DNA of 64,000 bases, taken from positions 2,604,001 to 2,668,000 of the forward strand of contig CAVNZM010000015.1 in assembly GCA_963693365.1 (NCBI GenBank), written 5' to 3'. Shown here one piece after another: positions 1-35,691 of the stretch. Source of the stretch: Amoebidium appalachense (Eukaryota > Protista > Ichthyosporea). The first letter of the stretch is position 1. The number at the start of each line of letters is the position of its first letter. Both the position numbers and the translations under genes were made by a program. The notes under the pieces were generated by a model. It was given only the letters and a program-made list of their open reading frames with translations, was not told the DNA's origin and searched no databases.

Positions 1-246
1 ATTGTGTGGAAGTGAAACAGAAGGCAAAAGCCAAAGACGACTTTGAAAAGGTGGTGCACGGACCGGCACCAAACAACCACTGCCCGTTTATGCCACTGTG
101 GGGCAAAGCAACAGTGCCCATTTGCCATGTACCCCTAAATCCTTCCCCCCCCCCCACCCCCTCCACCCCCACCCTCCGCCACCCACCTTCTTTCCCCCCT
201 CCCCCCTTCCCCACCCCAAAAGTGTTTCACACCACACACCTACTGC

Positions 247-279
<33 letters not shown>

Positions 280-307
280 AAAAAAAAGTGTGTTTCACAG
301 CACGCAC

Positions 308-16166
<15,859 letters not shown>

Positions 16167-18112
16167 TTTGCCGAATTCTTTGCAAGGAAGGCTGCACACC
16201 TACCAATAGAGCAGAGAGCGACAGCAGTTTTCTGGCTAAGATCTTACAGAAAAGACGAGTCCTCCTACCTCATGTTGCAGCCCATCATACGCTACACACA
16301 CCCAGTTTCCTGGTTATTATGTTGGTTTCTCCGCCTTATATAGCACCGCGCTACCTACACTAAAATACACACACAAAAATCTCACTCCGTGTAGTGAGAT
16401 CGAACGGGCAGGGCAACTCGAAGAAGGTATACCGAGATGAAATGAGATCTCTTTTCATGGAACCTAGTAACGCACTGTCCCTATTAGAAATATAATACAG
16501 CGTATGCTTGTTTTATTGATATATGCTCATAAAGGGTAGCACACGACACTTCTACACTTCAGCTTATGATAACACAACCCCCTACTAATTAACCCAGGAA
16601 AATTTGGACACAGGCGGATGGTGAAAGGAGTGTTGGTGCCAAGGGGTTACTTGGTGGTGACACGGATGGCGCAAACATCAGCAGAGAATTACCTTCCTAA
16701 TATGGAGGCCCGGTGGTCTAATTTAGGCTATTTCTTCTTGCTCCTATTGGATAACTATTCAGGTGCTACCAAAAATAGCTTATCATCAGAATCGGTATCC
16801 AACTGATCCGGCCAATCACCGCACGTCGGCCTGCGGGCCGGCGGCACCTGAGTACGCTAAATTTCTCACAGAGAAAACAGCCACACGAGTAACTTTTTAA
16901 GGTTTTTAATATTGCCTAACTTATAATTGCATTATTGATTTTGTTTACAAGGTTGCACTGGTACAGTCCGTGGCGTTAGAAGTTGACTGAAACGCGCTCT
17001 TGAAAAGTGCCATGGCAATCGATAGATCCAACGGATAGATCTGCATTCCACTTTGCTCCTCCAGGCACCAAATGTGGCCCACGGAAGAAACTTATGATTG
17101 GATAAAACAATTCCAAATTGATTAAAGCTTTGGCTTATCTTTTACAATGTAACCCATTGGCCCAAAATCATTCGTTACCCAAACATATGATAAATAGAGC
17201 AAGTTTTATCCAATCCTTTGCTTTACCCTAGCTTGCTTTTAGCGGAGATTTCCCCTTGAAGGAAGGTCCCCTCCCATTCGACCACACTACAACCCCTACA
17301 TACACTGTTTCAGTGCAGCGTGGCTGAGCGTGAACTAGGGTACTTTTGGTGAAAGGCAACTTCAGGGTTAACTCATTGAAATCTATAGGAACGGAACGAT
17401 ACTATATGACATTCAGGCTGACGGTTGGCTCTGGTGGACAGCTCTAGACATGCCCAGACCCCAGCACTTCTGTCAAGACCGCCGCTCTCCAATGAGCTAT
17501 TAAAATTTTTAAATGATTAAATTAACGTTGATTGGTTATATATCACGTTGCTGTTGGTGGCGCTCATTACTCAAGAGGCTCAACAGAGTTGAACAGACCC
17601 ACGGCCCCAGCAAAGTGGTACCGTGAAGTGATAAAGAGAAGTTTCACAGGGGAAAGAAGAACGGTGGAAGTACACAGAGGTGGTCAAGAAAAGACAGTTG
17701 TCTAAAGCCCATTTCTAGCCACGAGTTTTGCTATTTAGCTTAGCTCTTTAGGCTTTTTGTTTGTTCAGGCGATCGGTGCCTTCCTGCCTTTCGCTGCCAG
17801 GGTGTAGCAAAGGTCGAGGGTTGCAGTTGCTTGTGTTAGCTCAGTTGTTTCTTACAGCATCAGAATGCAAGGCTCAAAGTTGTGAGCTGATTTTCTTGTT
17901 TTCCTCTGTGTTTGTTTCCTAGCATGACATATATAAACCATTGCAAAACCGGAGTAAGTCACAAACTGTCGAGGTGACAAAGTTCATACTACCTCAGCGT
18001 GCACTTTTCTACGGTAGAAAAAGCGGGCGAGCTTTCTGGAAACAAAGAACTTGAGAAAACACACAACCACACATAGGCACTAAAAGCTCTTCCTTTAGTC
18101 TGGCTTGATAAA

Positions 18113-19455
18113 ATGGCGATCGGAGTCAATCTGCAGCGGCGACTGGAGCACATAAAGCGGGACCTTGAGAACCTGGTCTCCGCCCCGATGTGGGACTGCC
18201 AACACGCACTTACCTGCTTTTTCTGGGCTGAAGAATCCCTGTCAAGGTCAGTGTAAAATAAATGCAAGTGCAGGTGCATTGGGTGTGTTTGCCACCATGC
18301 CCTGTAGCAGGCACCCATAAAAAACAAGCAGCTTTCTAGTGGTTGCGTCTTGGTGTGCCAGACCCTCCATGATATGTGGCGCAGCTTTGGAGTCATCCTA
18401 TGGCTGGCCAAGATCTGCAGTTACTTGTTATTTTGAAGCTTTGTGCCCACTAGTAGTGACTCAGTGTATTCTCTGCTCCTACTCCTCTCTTGTCGATTTT
18501 GCAGCTTTGCCTTTATCTCCCTTCTCCTCACCTTCCTTGCCTCCTTACTCTCATGCATCTTCCACAGACTTGAATACCAGGCAGCCAAACACCAGGGAGA
18601 AAACACCAATGATGTCGTGTGGCAGGGCATGGAACATGCACTCTCCTGGCTGAAGGCAGTGCTCATTGATAGCGGCTACAGGAGCATCAGGGCCCATCGT
18701 GCCTTTTTCTCAGCAGAGATCCAAAGATGGCTCGGTGGTGCACGTTTCCATCCAGGGATCTTGCGTACTGCTTGGGGGTTGGAGCAGATTGCAGAATCAG
18801 GAACAAGCTTGGATGCACCTCTAGAGGTACGTGTTTAGACAGAGTTATAGGGGTGTGCTGTATTGGTTCTTGATGTCTTGCTCTGCTGCCCGCATGAATT
18901 GCTGAAACGTGCCGACCCCCCTCCATCCTCTCCCCACACCCCCTCCCTTCCTCCTCCTCCCCTCTTTCCCCATTCCCCCCTCTCCCCGCCCTTCCCGGTG
19001 GTCCTTGCCCATAGGCTTTCTATGCAAAACCATATCATACCACACGATTACACTGAGGAATTGTCCCCCCCCCCCCCCCCCCCCCCCCCAACCACCACCA
19101 CTCTCCCTCTTCCCCCCCCCCCTCCTCCCCCCCCCCCCCCCCCCTCCTCTCGCCCCCTACCTCTCCACCCCCTCACCCGTGCCCTTCGTTGCGTAGCTTT
19201 TACTTTGGACTATGCATTGCCTGCAACGACCCCCCCCCCCCCCCCCCCCCCTCCCCCCCCCCCCCCCCCCCCCCCGCCGCCGCCGCCCATTAGCCAACAG
19301 CAACCCCTCCCCCCCCCTCCCCCCTCTCTCTCTCCCCTTAACAAAACTTTTTTAAAAAAAATTTACTTACTCTTTCAAACAAAACCAAACACATTTGCAT
19401 ACCCACACATACAGATGCATATATACGCACACATACACGCGCGCGCACACACACA

Positions 19456-19508
<53 letters not shown>

Positions 19509-20684
19509 AAAAGTGAAAAAATATGCATCCATTAAAGTTAGACACATCCACAAACACGTTAGCACTCTGCAACATACGGCAATATGCATAAACACACACA
19601 CGCGCGCGCGCTCCACACACACACAAACCCCCTTTCCCCCCGTTAAATCAGTATTTAATTAAAACAGTACTGCATTCGGGACCCCCTCTCCCTCCCTTTC
19701 CCCCCTGCTTACACACAAACACTACAGCCACCATTTCACCCCCTCCTCCCCTCCTTCCCGCCCCCCCTTCCCCACCCCCTCCCCACCCCACCCCCCACAC
19801 ATACAACCATACATTTTGCAGCGTGTCTGTTCGTTTGTTGTGGTGGTGGTGGTGATTGTCCACTGAGGGTGCACCGGAGGGGGGAGGGAGGGGGGGGGGG
19901 GGGAGGGGATTGGATACGAGTCAAAAGTGGTGTGTGTGGGGGGAGGGGGAAGGGGGAGGCGGAGGCATTTAAAACAGTGGTATGCTTTGCCACGAAGCAA
20001 TCCAACACACCACACATGTTGCTGGGCACCAACTAATAGGAGACTCACGTGACCTTGACTTTGCAGGAGTCAGCACAGCAGCTGGTGTCTTCCTTCCAGC
20101 AGTGCCGGTCAGCCGTGCGCAGCCAGCTGTTAAAGGCACCCTGCTACAGCACCCCCGTAGTCATGGCCCTGGACAGCTTCGACCACTCATATGCCGCCTT
20201 TGAGTGCAGATACCTGGTGGTCTGTGCTGACATGGACCGTGCCTGGAGGAAACTCGTGCAGGAGTCTTTAACACTGGGTAAAGGGAGGGGGATGATCACG
20301 GATGATATGATGGAATCCCTGTCCCCTGAACTAATGGTGGTGGTGCCAAGACTTGCGGTGTGGTTGGCGTTGAGAGGGAAGGTTGATGGGTGTAGGGTGC
20401 TACTGTGGCACTTTTTGACGATGAATGCTAAGACAACAAACACGTGTAAACCGCAACAGATTTCGACGGCGGCTGGTTTGGTGGCGATGGTGAATGACGT
20501 GAAGGAAGAGCAGGTGTTGCGGAGGCTGGGGGGTGGGGAGGAAAACGAAAGAGAGATGGGGAAGGGGAAGGGAGAGGACAGGGTGGTGAGGGAGGTGTAT
20601 TTGAGGTTGTGTGTGCTTGCGGACGCCATGCAGCAGTCGCAGGGGGTTTACCGCACCGCACTTATGGATACTCTCTCGGCATGA
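18113..20684 (+). CDS. Lateral signaling target 2 (LST2/ZFYVE28)-like N-terminal-domain protein lacking a FYVE finger, ~336 aa
   Basis: Exons 18113-18246, 18568-18826, 20067-20684 join in phase through GT-AG introns. LTCFFWAEESL, ALDSFDHSYAAFECRY and GMITDDMMESLSPELMVVVPRLAV resemble the ZFYVE28 motifs LARFYYADEEL, ALRHFDVLFAEFELSY and [24 protein letters not shown] as I recall them. The start codon is uncertain. Confidence 0.72.
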
Positions 20685-22366
20685 ATGGGATGCACATGTT
20701 TTCGGCTTCGGCTTGCGGCAAGCTTGGGCCGGGGAGGGGTACGTAGGGAGACTAGGTGACACCTTGTATATAAGGCATACAACAGAACATACATAGTGGA
20801 GTGTGTTTGCAGTCCCGAGCCCATTTTGATTAATGTTTTAAAAGCACGAATGCGCTTGACTTGTGCGAAGGCCTGGAGTTTTTGTCAGGTTGCCATGTGT
20901 ACATATCTGTAAAGATGTAAGACTCGGACTGTGGATATATATGAACGTGCCTAAAATAAGCACGGCTACGATATTGTATATCGGTGCATGTTCAAGGTTT
21001 GTATGTGCAACTATGAATTTTGTATATTTATGAAGTTGATACATGTGAATATAAATACGACTGTGGCGGTTGAACTAATTGAGTGCTCAGGGCTTGCCCA
21101 GACGTTCCGAAGTTCACCCCACCCTATAGCACTATTCTTTGCGTGGCCCAGTCTGGCTTGGTGCCTGTTGTTTGCTCTACTCATCTCCGGTCCCTATGTT
21201 TGCAGCCGTTCTTCGTTCTTCAACATGAGTTGTAACTGCCTCTGGTGTTAATGGATGAAAAAACATGCATGTACTGCCATGCATATGCGCAAGTACTAGT
21301 GCACAATGCTTATAGTATTTTAAAGGGGGTTTCTTTTACACTTTCGGGCCGGGTCGGGTCGAAGGCGATTCTAGCTAAATTACTGGTCTGCTACTCATCA
21401 GCTGCGCACCATCGTCTTGCCGGCAGCAACGTACAGATGCGCCACTTGAATACAACAAAAAAGAAAAAGAAAAGAAAAAAAAGAATTGAAGAATGGAAGA
21501 ATAAAAATAAAGCGTTAGGAAGAAGACTGACAGTTCATATCATGATGGATATGCTGAGCAAATGGCTTTACCCGGATGTGCTGGAATGGGGACAATTAAT
21601 CGGCCTAAAAGAAACCCCCTTTAAATCCCCGCCAGACTATGGGCTGTGGTCTATTAAAGACACCAGCACTCTTTCTTACACCCGCAGGTATGGGCATACA
21701 CATACATAGCCCCCCCCCCATCAAAAGCACTCACAACACATCGGCATGGGGGTTTTGCAGGTGGTGCTGGCCGTTTATTTCAAAGTTTCCCCGGTGTTTA
21801 AGTTTTACATGGACACCTGTGGCTTGGTTTGTTTTCTCCTCCCCACCCCTTGTGCGAACACTGTGTTCACGTGCTATGCTTTGATTGTGTATGCTGCATG
21901 CACAACACCAGAAATCTTGAAAGCTGTGACGAGGGTCCGGCCCCCGTGTGCTATCTCATACACTTACAGTTATATTCCAAACCCCAATTGGTCAACCAAT
22001 GATGCTACCATACATGGTAGTTACATCCCGAAACTTGATTGGTCAGCTAGTGCTACAGGTCGATTACTGCCTTATATGGTTGGTACATCCCCAATCGGAG
22101 ATCTAGGAAACCGATCGCCACCATACATGAAAGGTCAGAGCAAGGTGCGCACCCCCCAATAAGGGCTCTAGGTCTAGAAAGCACATTGCAGTATGCCCCA
22201 TTACAGCACAGCCTTGCACAACTTACGCGGTTGATCGAACTTCCCTATTCAAGACAAATATTAGCCATATACTTGACATGACCTGAATTATACCAGCACG
22301 GTGACTCATAATTTCACAGTCCCCCCCCCCCCCCCCCCCTCCCCCCCCCCCCCTCCCCCCCCTCCC

Positions 22367-22397
<31 letters not shown>

Positions 22398-22434
22398 AGA
22401 CACACACACACAGTCTGCGGTCACAATCATGCAG

Positions 22435-27946
<5,512 letters not shown>

Positions 27947-29989
27947 TTTGCAATACACGACTATTTTTATAATGCTACAAGAAAATAAACCTACAACAAC
28001 AGCTACCAAAACATCTCGTAACACAAGCGAAAAAACCAAGGCCTCCTAAATAGCACACCGAAAACACACACCCTGCAGCTGTGTTTTTGGAAAACAATTT
28101 TTTGGCGCGTAGCCAAAAGCGAATGATTGGCTACGCATCTTTGTTGACACTTGACATATATGGTAATCTCCACAGAAACCAAAAAACTGCTTTATATGAC
28201 TATATCTCAAAGTCTATGATTGGCTCGCACTGCGTTGAATTTGACTCGCAAGTCGGCTAGTCGACCGGGCCACTCCGAGGGACTCGGAGAGGGGAGAGAG
28301 AGGTGGGGAACTTGAAGTAAAAGGGAGAACGCGTGCGGTGGGTGCTGCCAAAAGTCTGCAAAAATTGAATGAAAGCGCATGATGTACATGTTTCTGAGGC
28401 AATTCTTTGGAACTGGTTCAGCGGCGCTTGCAACATGTCGCTAGCGAGTTCTCATGAAATTTCTTGTTTCTCTTCTTTCAAGTTCTGAATCTGCACTCAC
28501 GGCGCATGCGCATGTATGTACGTACCGGTGTGGCCCCTTCTGCCTTTCTCTCCGTGGCCTGTTTCTCTTTTCCCGCTCCTGGTCCACCCTCTCTCTCTCT
28601 CCCTCTCCCTCTCCCTCTCTCCCTCTTTCTCTCTTCTTTTCCGTTTCCCTTTCTCCCCCTCCCTTTGTTGCCCCCCGGGCCCGCCCCACTACCCACATAT
28701 GCATGTTACACAAGTGTTACACGTGCAACTGGCCGCTGACCGGTGATACGAAAAAAAACAGTCTTTCCACTACATACACGTGTAGGCGGTGGCAGGCAGG
28801 TTGGGTCGCAAGGGTACATATGACACACGCCCATGACCTACCACTCCAGCACACCCCAAGCAGCTGCCACACAACTTGTCCTAATCAGCAGCATCTAATG
28901 ATGATCGTGTACCGCCCATGCATAGTTCCCGCCGATCCAAAATTGTCAACCAACCAGATAGCTTGTAGTTGCGCCTTTTTTAGGATTTGTAAACACAAAA
29001 GTTGGAACGCAATGACAAATATCCAATGAAACTTCAAATTAATCGCTTTGACCGTTTTTTATTGGTGTTATTGGTTTATTGAGAGTCATTTCTATCACCG
29101 CCGATCGCAAGCCGGAGCCGTTTATCATTCGCTGGGTTGGCTCACCATATGGCCGCCATAAGGCTTCTTTGCGTGTCTCACTCTCATGAACATCTTCGCC
29201 ATTTTACCAGATGTAACGTCGCCTTGTGCATATAAAAGTTGTAGGCCTAAAGTAAAAGGAAATTTCTACTTTTAATCTTGCCATATCTCTATTTTCAGCC
29301 TGAAAAGTTATGCAATAAATGCGGTTGAATGCCAGCTGCCAAGTCCGTGGATCTTGATCGTGGCCGAAATGGATGCACAAATATTTGCCCCCCTCTGGAT
29401 CAAGTATATAAACAGACACGCCCACCCCAGTTTATCACCTTTGATCTTCGACCCAAAGGTTGTCTAACGCATGTACAAGCGTCCACTGTCACATGTAGCA
29501 CACAAGCTTAAGCGCTACGCTGTACTGACGTGTCTATAGTGGTCGATTTACAGTGTTTTTACCTGCGGAAAAGAAAAGGAGTAAAGGTTGTGGTGGATTT
29601 CATGCAATAGTCGTACAACGAAGAACAACTAGTAAAACACATGGTTTTTCACGGCTCCTTACTTGAATCCGGAACACAATAGCTTCTAAACATAACTCGT
29701 GCAACAACGGGAAGGGCTTTCTATTATTCTCCAAACAACACACACACACACAGCCCTTCCTAACCGTGGACAACGAAGCAAGTCACGCCTGTTGGACTCA
29801 AACTGGTAGTTTACCTTTTTTCACATGCAAATAGGCGCAGATCAATTAAGCCGCCAGCACCACCCAAATTCATCATAGTCTAGCTGCTGTGACCGTTGTG
29901 GCCTCAACCACCCAGACAGTGAAATACACAACTAGCACACTCAGCACAACCTACACTGAATTACTCGCATAACACGTGTGCATGCAAAA

Positions 29990-30967
29990 ATGTCGGACAC
30001 TATGAGTGGCAGGGTGGCCGGCAGGCGAGTACCACCTGCCTCATGTACGGCCGCAGAGAAGTTGCAGTATTCATCAAGCGCCGCATATGCCATGGCCGAA
30101 GCAGACACCTACGACATGCTCAGCCAATCTTCAGCACCGCTTAAACGGGAAGTTAAATTTTATAAGAAGGCCGGCCAACCATTTGGCGTGGTTATAGCCC
30201 GCGTCCAGCGTCGCGTACACGTGGTGCACGTGTATCCCGACTCTGTGGCATGGCGTGTGGGGGTGCAGTGGGGAGACCGAATCGACGGGGTGGGTGACTG
30301 GGACATCGGCGCGGAGACAACAGCACGTGAAATCCTGCGTCGGCTGCGCGATAGCACAAAAACGGTCGTTCGGATCACCGACTCTCCCTGGGTGCGTCGC
30401 TATGTTCTCGACCCACGTGAAATGGCAATGTTGGGGATCGTATACATGGACGGGGAGATAAGGGAGATCATGTCGAGGTCGGCGGCTGAAAAGGCGCGCA
30501 TGCACATGGGAGAGAGCATAGTGGGCATCAACGGTTCCAAACTGCTCGGCCTATCGGACAGCGAGGTGATGAACGCCGTGTCTAGAATGTTCCACGAGAC
30601 GCGCCGCAATTCCATTCGCCGAAAGAGCACTAAGAAGCTCGAGCCGGGTCGTATGTCATTTGCTGACGACAACTTGCCGAACAACAGAACCACAACCGCG
30701 GGAAACCTACCTAAGGGAATGCGCGCACTGCAGGCGGGCAGTGGGTCTATGAGCCTGACGTCGCTTACTGCGGCTCTAAATGAAGGGATTGACTCCCTGT
30801 GGGGAAAGAAACAGAAAAAGACGACGGCGGTGGCACAACCCGAGGAGGTGGTGGGGGTAGAGAGCGACTCGATTGAGATTGTGTGCATGCCCCCGGAGGT
30901 GGCGAGGGAGTTTCAACTGGCTGATTTGCTGCGCGTCACGTCGGCTTTGACAACCGTCACGAATTGA
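29990..30967 (+). CDS. Syntenin-like tandem PDZ-domain protein, intronless
   Basis: Non-repetitive ORF from AAAATG. PDZ1 REVKFYKKAGQPFGV...VYPDSVAWRVGVQWGDRI; linker ITDSPWVRRY resembles syntenin IRDRPFERTI; PDZ2 LGIVYMDGEI...SAAEKA...IVGINGSKLLGLSDSEV. Confidence 0.82.
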   Translation: MSDTMSGRVAGRRVPPASCTAAEKLQYSSSAAYAMAEADTYDMLSQSSAPLKREVKFYKKAGQPFGVVIARVQRRVHVVHVYPDSVAWRVGVQWGDRIDGVGDWDIGAETTAREILRRLRDSTKTVVRITDSPWVRRYVLDPREMAMLGIVYMDGEIREIMSRSAAEKARMHMGESIVGINGSKLLGLSDSEVMNAVSRMFHETRRNSIRRKSTKKLEPGRMSFADDNLPNNRTTTAGNLPKGMRALQAGSGSMSLTSLTAALNEGIDSLWGKKQKKTTAVAQPEEVVGVESDSIEIVCMPPEVAREFQLADLLRVTSALTTVTN

Positions 30968-31864
30968 TTAAAGTTTTACCCCTTCCTCCCCCCTCCACCA
31001 CCCCACCCCCCTTCCGCCCCGTCCGTCAGCCCCTCCTACCCCCTCCTCCTCCCTCCTCTCTGCTTCCCCGTGTTCATTCGTTGGTTATGTTTTTGCTAGG
31101 CTACCTAACAAGTTATACAAAAATTAGAGTGGAGAAAGGCTCGCCATACATGTGTGTTCTGCCTTGTTTCTGGCAAAGGGTTCTACGAGTATAGACGGAG
31201 CAGATCCGAGATGAATAGATTTGAGATGTTGTAAAGTTTAATAGAACAAATTTGTTCTTTGTAGATTCGCCAACTATTGCACTCTGTTGTTAAAGCGTAC
31301 CGCCTGCACATAGATATCTTTTTACCCGAGTGCCATGTTGTACGAAGAGCCGGTGGGCACCTGGAGTTTGATATTTTTTTTTACTAGATACATTCGATTA
31401 GGTATTTTTTACTAGATGTATTCCAACAGATGTGTTGCACCAGAAGTTAGTATCGTAGCTATTGATGAAATTTGGCTCGAGTGGTTGCGTAGTTAGTTAT
31501 TATGCTAGGGGGTGCCTGGCATATATGGTATTGTGCGGACGTGGTTCTGAATGATTGGTTCAGTGTGCACTCTGGGAATGGGCGGTGGTTGGTGAGTGAT
31601 ACCAGATTACCGTATCCAGCTAGTGATGTTTACGAATGAGTAAAAGCTGTGTAACGATGGATATATGGTGCCAATTGTCCACTGTCATGCTGCCAAGTTG
31701 ATATCCTCCGCTCCCCCCCCCCCCCCCCCCCCAAACACACACACAAACACAGTCTCTCAATGGTGTTTTCGGTGTGTCTTTGTACTAATGCTCGCACCAC
31801 TCCTCTCTCCCCCCCCCCCCCCCCCCCCTCCCTCCTCGACCCTTTCCCCACTACCCTCCCCCCA

Positions 31865-31898
<34 letters not shown>

Positions 31899-32139
31899 AC
31901 CACCACCACCACCACCACCACCACCACACACACACATACACACCAACTCCTCCTCACCCTTACCCCCACCCCCCCAAAACCGCCTCCGAAACCACATCCA
32001 CCCACATACACGTCACACCCATTTCGCTGACTCTTCTCAAATCCAACCATTCAACCCTTTATTGATTCCTTAATCTACCTTGTCTTTGCGCCCGTTGCCG
32101 TTGCGCCCCCCCCCCCCCCCACCACCACTACCACCACCA

Positions 32140-32222
<83 letters not shown>

Positions 32223-32436
32223 TACACACATACACACACTTCCCGTCCTCCCTTTCAATTTGTTTGTCGTCGAATATCGATCAGACTGTGATGTCCACCC
32301 TATACACCCCCCCCCCCCCCCCCCCCTCCCCGTCCTGCTCTCCCCCTTCCTCCCTGGCTCTTTATAATCCTGGCTCTTTAAATACGAAAAATAGCTGGTT
32401 CAGTCCTCTAGGTCCCTTTTCCATCCCCCCCCCCCC

Positions 32437-32487
<51 letters not shown>

Positions 32488-33493
32488 ACCTCCCCCCGCA
32501 CCCCACCAACACCCCCACCACTAGCAAAAAAATTAAAAAAAGAAAGAATTTTTTTTTCCCAACCTGGACATAGATTACGCCCCCCCACCCAACCCTCTTC
32601 TACAAAAATAAAAATAAAAATAAAGAAATAAAGAGAATAAAGAAAGAGGCACCGGACCACCGTACCTTACTCAGAAGCACGTGGCTACCCCACAGTACAA
32701 ATAAACAATAAATGAATAACTTGAAATAAATACTCATCCCAGTTCCCCCTTCTCCAAAACATGCACAGAAACACATATTTACAACCATTCGCATTCACTG
32801 CGGTAAAAGACTGACATGTGCCTGATTGCATATACTGTGTGGTACTATCCACTATAACTTGCACACACACGTGTACCCCCTTGCACACACACGTCTGCAT
32901 ACTTGTACACACGGGGAACCACGATCCAATCAAAACAAACCGAGCACGTGCACACCAAAATGAAAAAGCACACACGAGCACACCCACTGGCACTACTTTT
33001 TCATCCAAACAAACCCGAGTCCACACCCCACCAACTCCCTTCGCTGGTCTTCTAAAATGCACTTTATGAGCCCCCCCCCCCCCCCCCCCCTCCTTCTTCT
33101 AAAATGCACTTTATGAGCCCCCCTCCCCCCCCCTCCTCCTCCCCTCCCCCCCCCCCCCCCCCTCCTCCTCAATCCACCATGGAGCTCCAAGGCATAAACC
33201 AACCTACTCCTTCACCCTATGGATGCATTCTGCACCAAATCGTCTAACTGCCACATAGCAGCCAGGCGTTCGGTACATCTATCTGTTTTGCTAGATCTCC
33301 CAAATATATATGCCCCCCCCCCCCCCCTCCCCCCTCCCCCCTTCCCCCCCCCCCCCCCCCCCCCCCGCCCCAACCGTCTGAAAGTTGAAAAGTCCCCTTG
33401 TCCTCCCGGCTGAACAGGGCCATGTTAGTGAATGAAATAAAGCACTAAAATGACAACTTATTTATCTCCTCTTCCCATCCCAATCCCCAAACC

Positions 33494-33524
<31 letters not shown>

Positions 33525-33850
33525 CCACCACCACCACCCCCCTGCCCCCCCTCAACTTCCCACCTCACTCCTCTCTCCTCACCATCCCCAATCCCCTCCT
33601 CCCCCACCTCCCCCCCCCCCCCAACTCCCCCAAACAAAGAAAAAGGAGTAAATGAAAAACTTCATAAACATCATATTGAAGAGCACACCCACGGATCACC
33701 CACTCTCTGCCATTTCCTTTGTCACTGGGTGAATTGGTTCTTGTCATCTGGTCTCTCTGACGTACCCCCACACTCGGTGTGTGTGTGTGTGTTTTTTAGT
33801 GTGTGTGTGTGCGCGCATGTGGGCGCGTGTGTTCGTGTGTGCGCGCGCGC

Positions 33851-33959
<109 letters not shown>

Positions 33960-34615
33960 TGCATGCACGTTCTGGGCAGAGGTGTGTGTGTGGGGGGAAG
34001 GGGGGGGAGGGAGAGGGGAAGTCGGGGGCTTGCCTGTGGGGCCAGTGGGGGAAGAAGGCAGGGAGGGAGGGTCAAGGGTTTATAAGCGTATTGACGAGAG
34101 CATGCATGAAAATTGAAACCCTCAGGTTACTTCACAGGATTCGTGTTGTGGATATTAGAACGATCACTATCCCCCCCCCCCCCCCCCCCCCCCCGCCCCT
34201 CCCCTCCCCCACCAAACCCCCTCCCCCCCCCCTCCCCCCCCACCACCACCTCTCATTCTTGTCTCTTCCCACTCATTTACAATATGAGATTTGGGCCCCG
34301 TTCACTTAGACTACACCCACCAACATTGCCCCCCCATTCCCGTCCATTCACCGTCCCAACCCTGGCCACCCTTTCTTGCTCTGTGCCCTCACCCCTCCTA
34401 CCATGCCCCCTTATCATCATGCATCTTTTTAACTAATCATATGATCGTATGCCACAACCAATCCACCTAAACTACACAAGTACACCCCTTTGACCAATCA
34501 TAACCGACGGTCCTCTCCCCTATACCCGTCTTGTCATAACCACCCTCCCTCCACACACCCCTCTCCCCCCAGCCCCCTCTCCCGGCTTCTCTGCCAACTC
34601 AGCAGCCGCTGCCCA

Positions 34616-34698
34616 TTATAGTATTACAGTATTATAGTATTATAGCATTTTAGTATTATAGTCTTATAGCATTTAAGTATTATAGTATTATAGTATCA
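34616..34698. repeat. 8-bp AT-rich tandem repeat (ATTATAGT), about 10 degenerate copies
   Basis: Read directly in the intergenic sequence. Confidence 0.85.
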
Positions 34699-35658
34699 AT
34701 CCAATAAATATTCCACTTTTCTGAACAAACACATCCCTCTCTCCCCTCGGTTCTTCTCCCCGCCTCCCACACCCCCTCCCCCTCCCCCCTCCCCCCCCAC
34801 ACCCCTCTCCCCCTTCTCTCCCCCCCCCACCCCGCCCCACTGGTTCTCCGTGTCCATGCCCATATTTCACATAATTTTAAAAGAGATTCTTGACATTTCT
34901 CTCTCACATAGCCATTATCCCCTGCCATTCCGCAGTAGCTGATCCACTCTACCTCCCCCCTCCCCCCTCCCCATCCTTCTGCTCCCCCCCCTCCCCCCCT
35001 CCCCCCCCCCCCCCGTCCCCCGCACCCTCACCATCAGAGCTAAAAAGGAAAGAGTTAAAGAATAGAGTTTGGGGAGGGGAAGGGGGGCAGAGGGGAGAAA
35101 GGGGGCCCGGGGGGGGGGGGGGGGGGGGGGGAGGGGCCAGGGCGGGGGGGGGGATTCGGAGGCTTAAGGTTTGTAAGTGGCTTGGGTGGTGAATAGGTGG
35201 GTTCTAGTTTCGACAGTCGTACCATGCATGATATACGAAGGGGAGGAGGGAAGGGTGGGGGGAGGGGGGGGGGGGAGGGGGGAGGGAGAGGGGGGGGGGG
35301 GAGGGGGGGGAGGGGCAAGAACAGAGAGGAAGGGTGATGTTATGTTAATCAAAGCAGGAAAGACAGTCGAGGCATGCATTCGTATTGGGGGATAAGAGGG
35401 TGGGGGGTAGAGGGGAGGGGGGGGGGGGGGGGGGGGGGGGGGAGACGGTGTACGCGGGACGAGGGCAGAAGCTTTCGGGGAGAGATAGGGAGAGGTACCG
35501 AATCCCACGGTAGGGGGGGAAGGGGAACTTGATGGACGGAGTTGGGCCGTGCTACATGTGTTTGGTTGCGCACGCCCGTGTGTATAAGGGGATTAGGGGG
35601 GGGGGAGGGGGGGGGGGAGGGGGGGGAGCGAAGGGGGAGGGGGTGACCGGGGTGGAGA

Positions 35659-35691
<33 letters not shown>

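Noticed and set aside
18340-18420. Possible extra LST2-like exon (GCVLVCQTLHDMW...)
   Set aside because: Exons 1 and 2 already join in phase without it and it lacks a phase-2 donor.
21245-22162. ORFs of 154 and 138 aa between the LST2-like and PLBD genes
   Set aside because: No recognisable domain or consistent splice model; they overlap probable 3' UTR or intergenic sequence.
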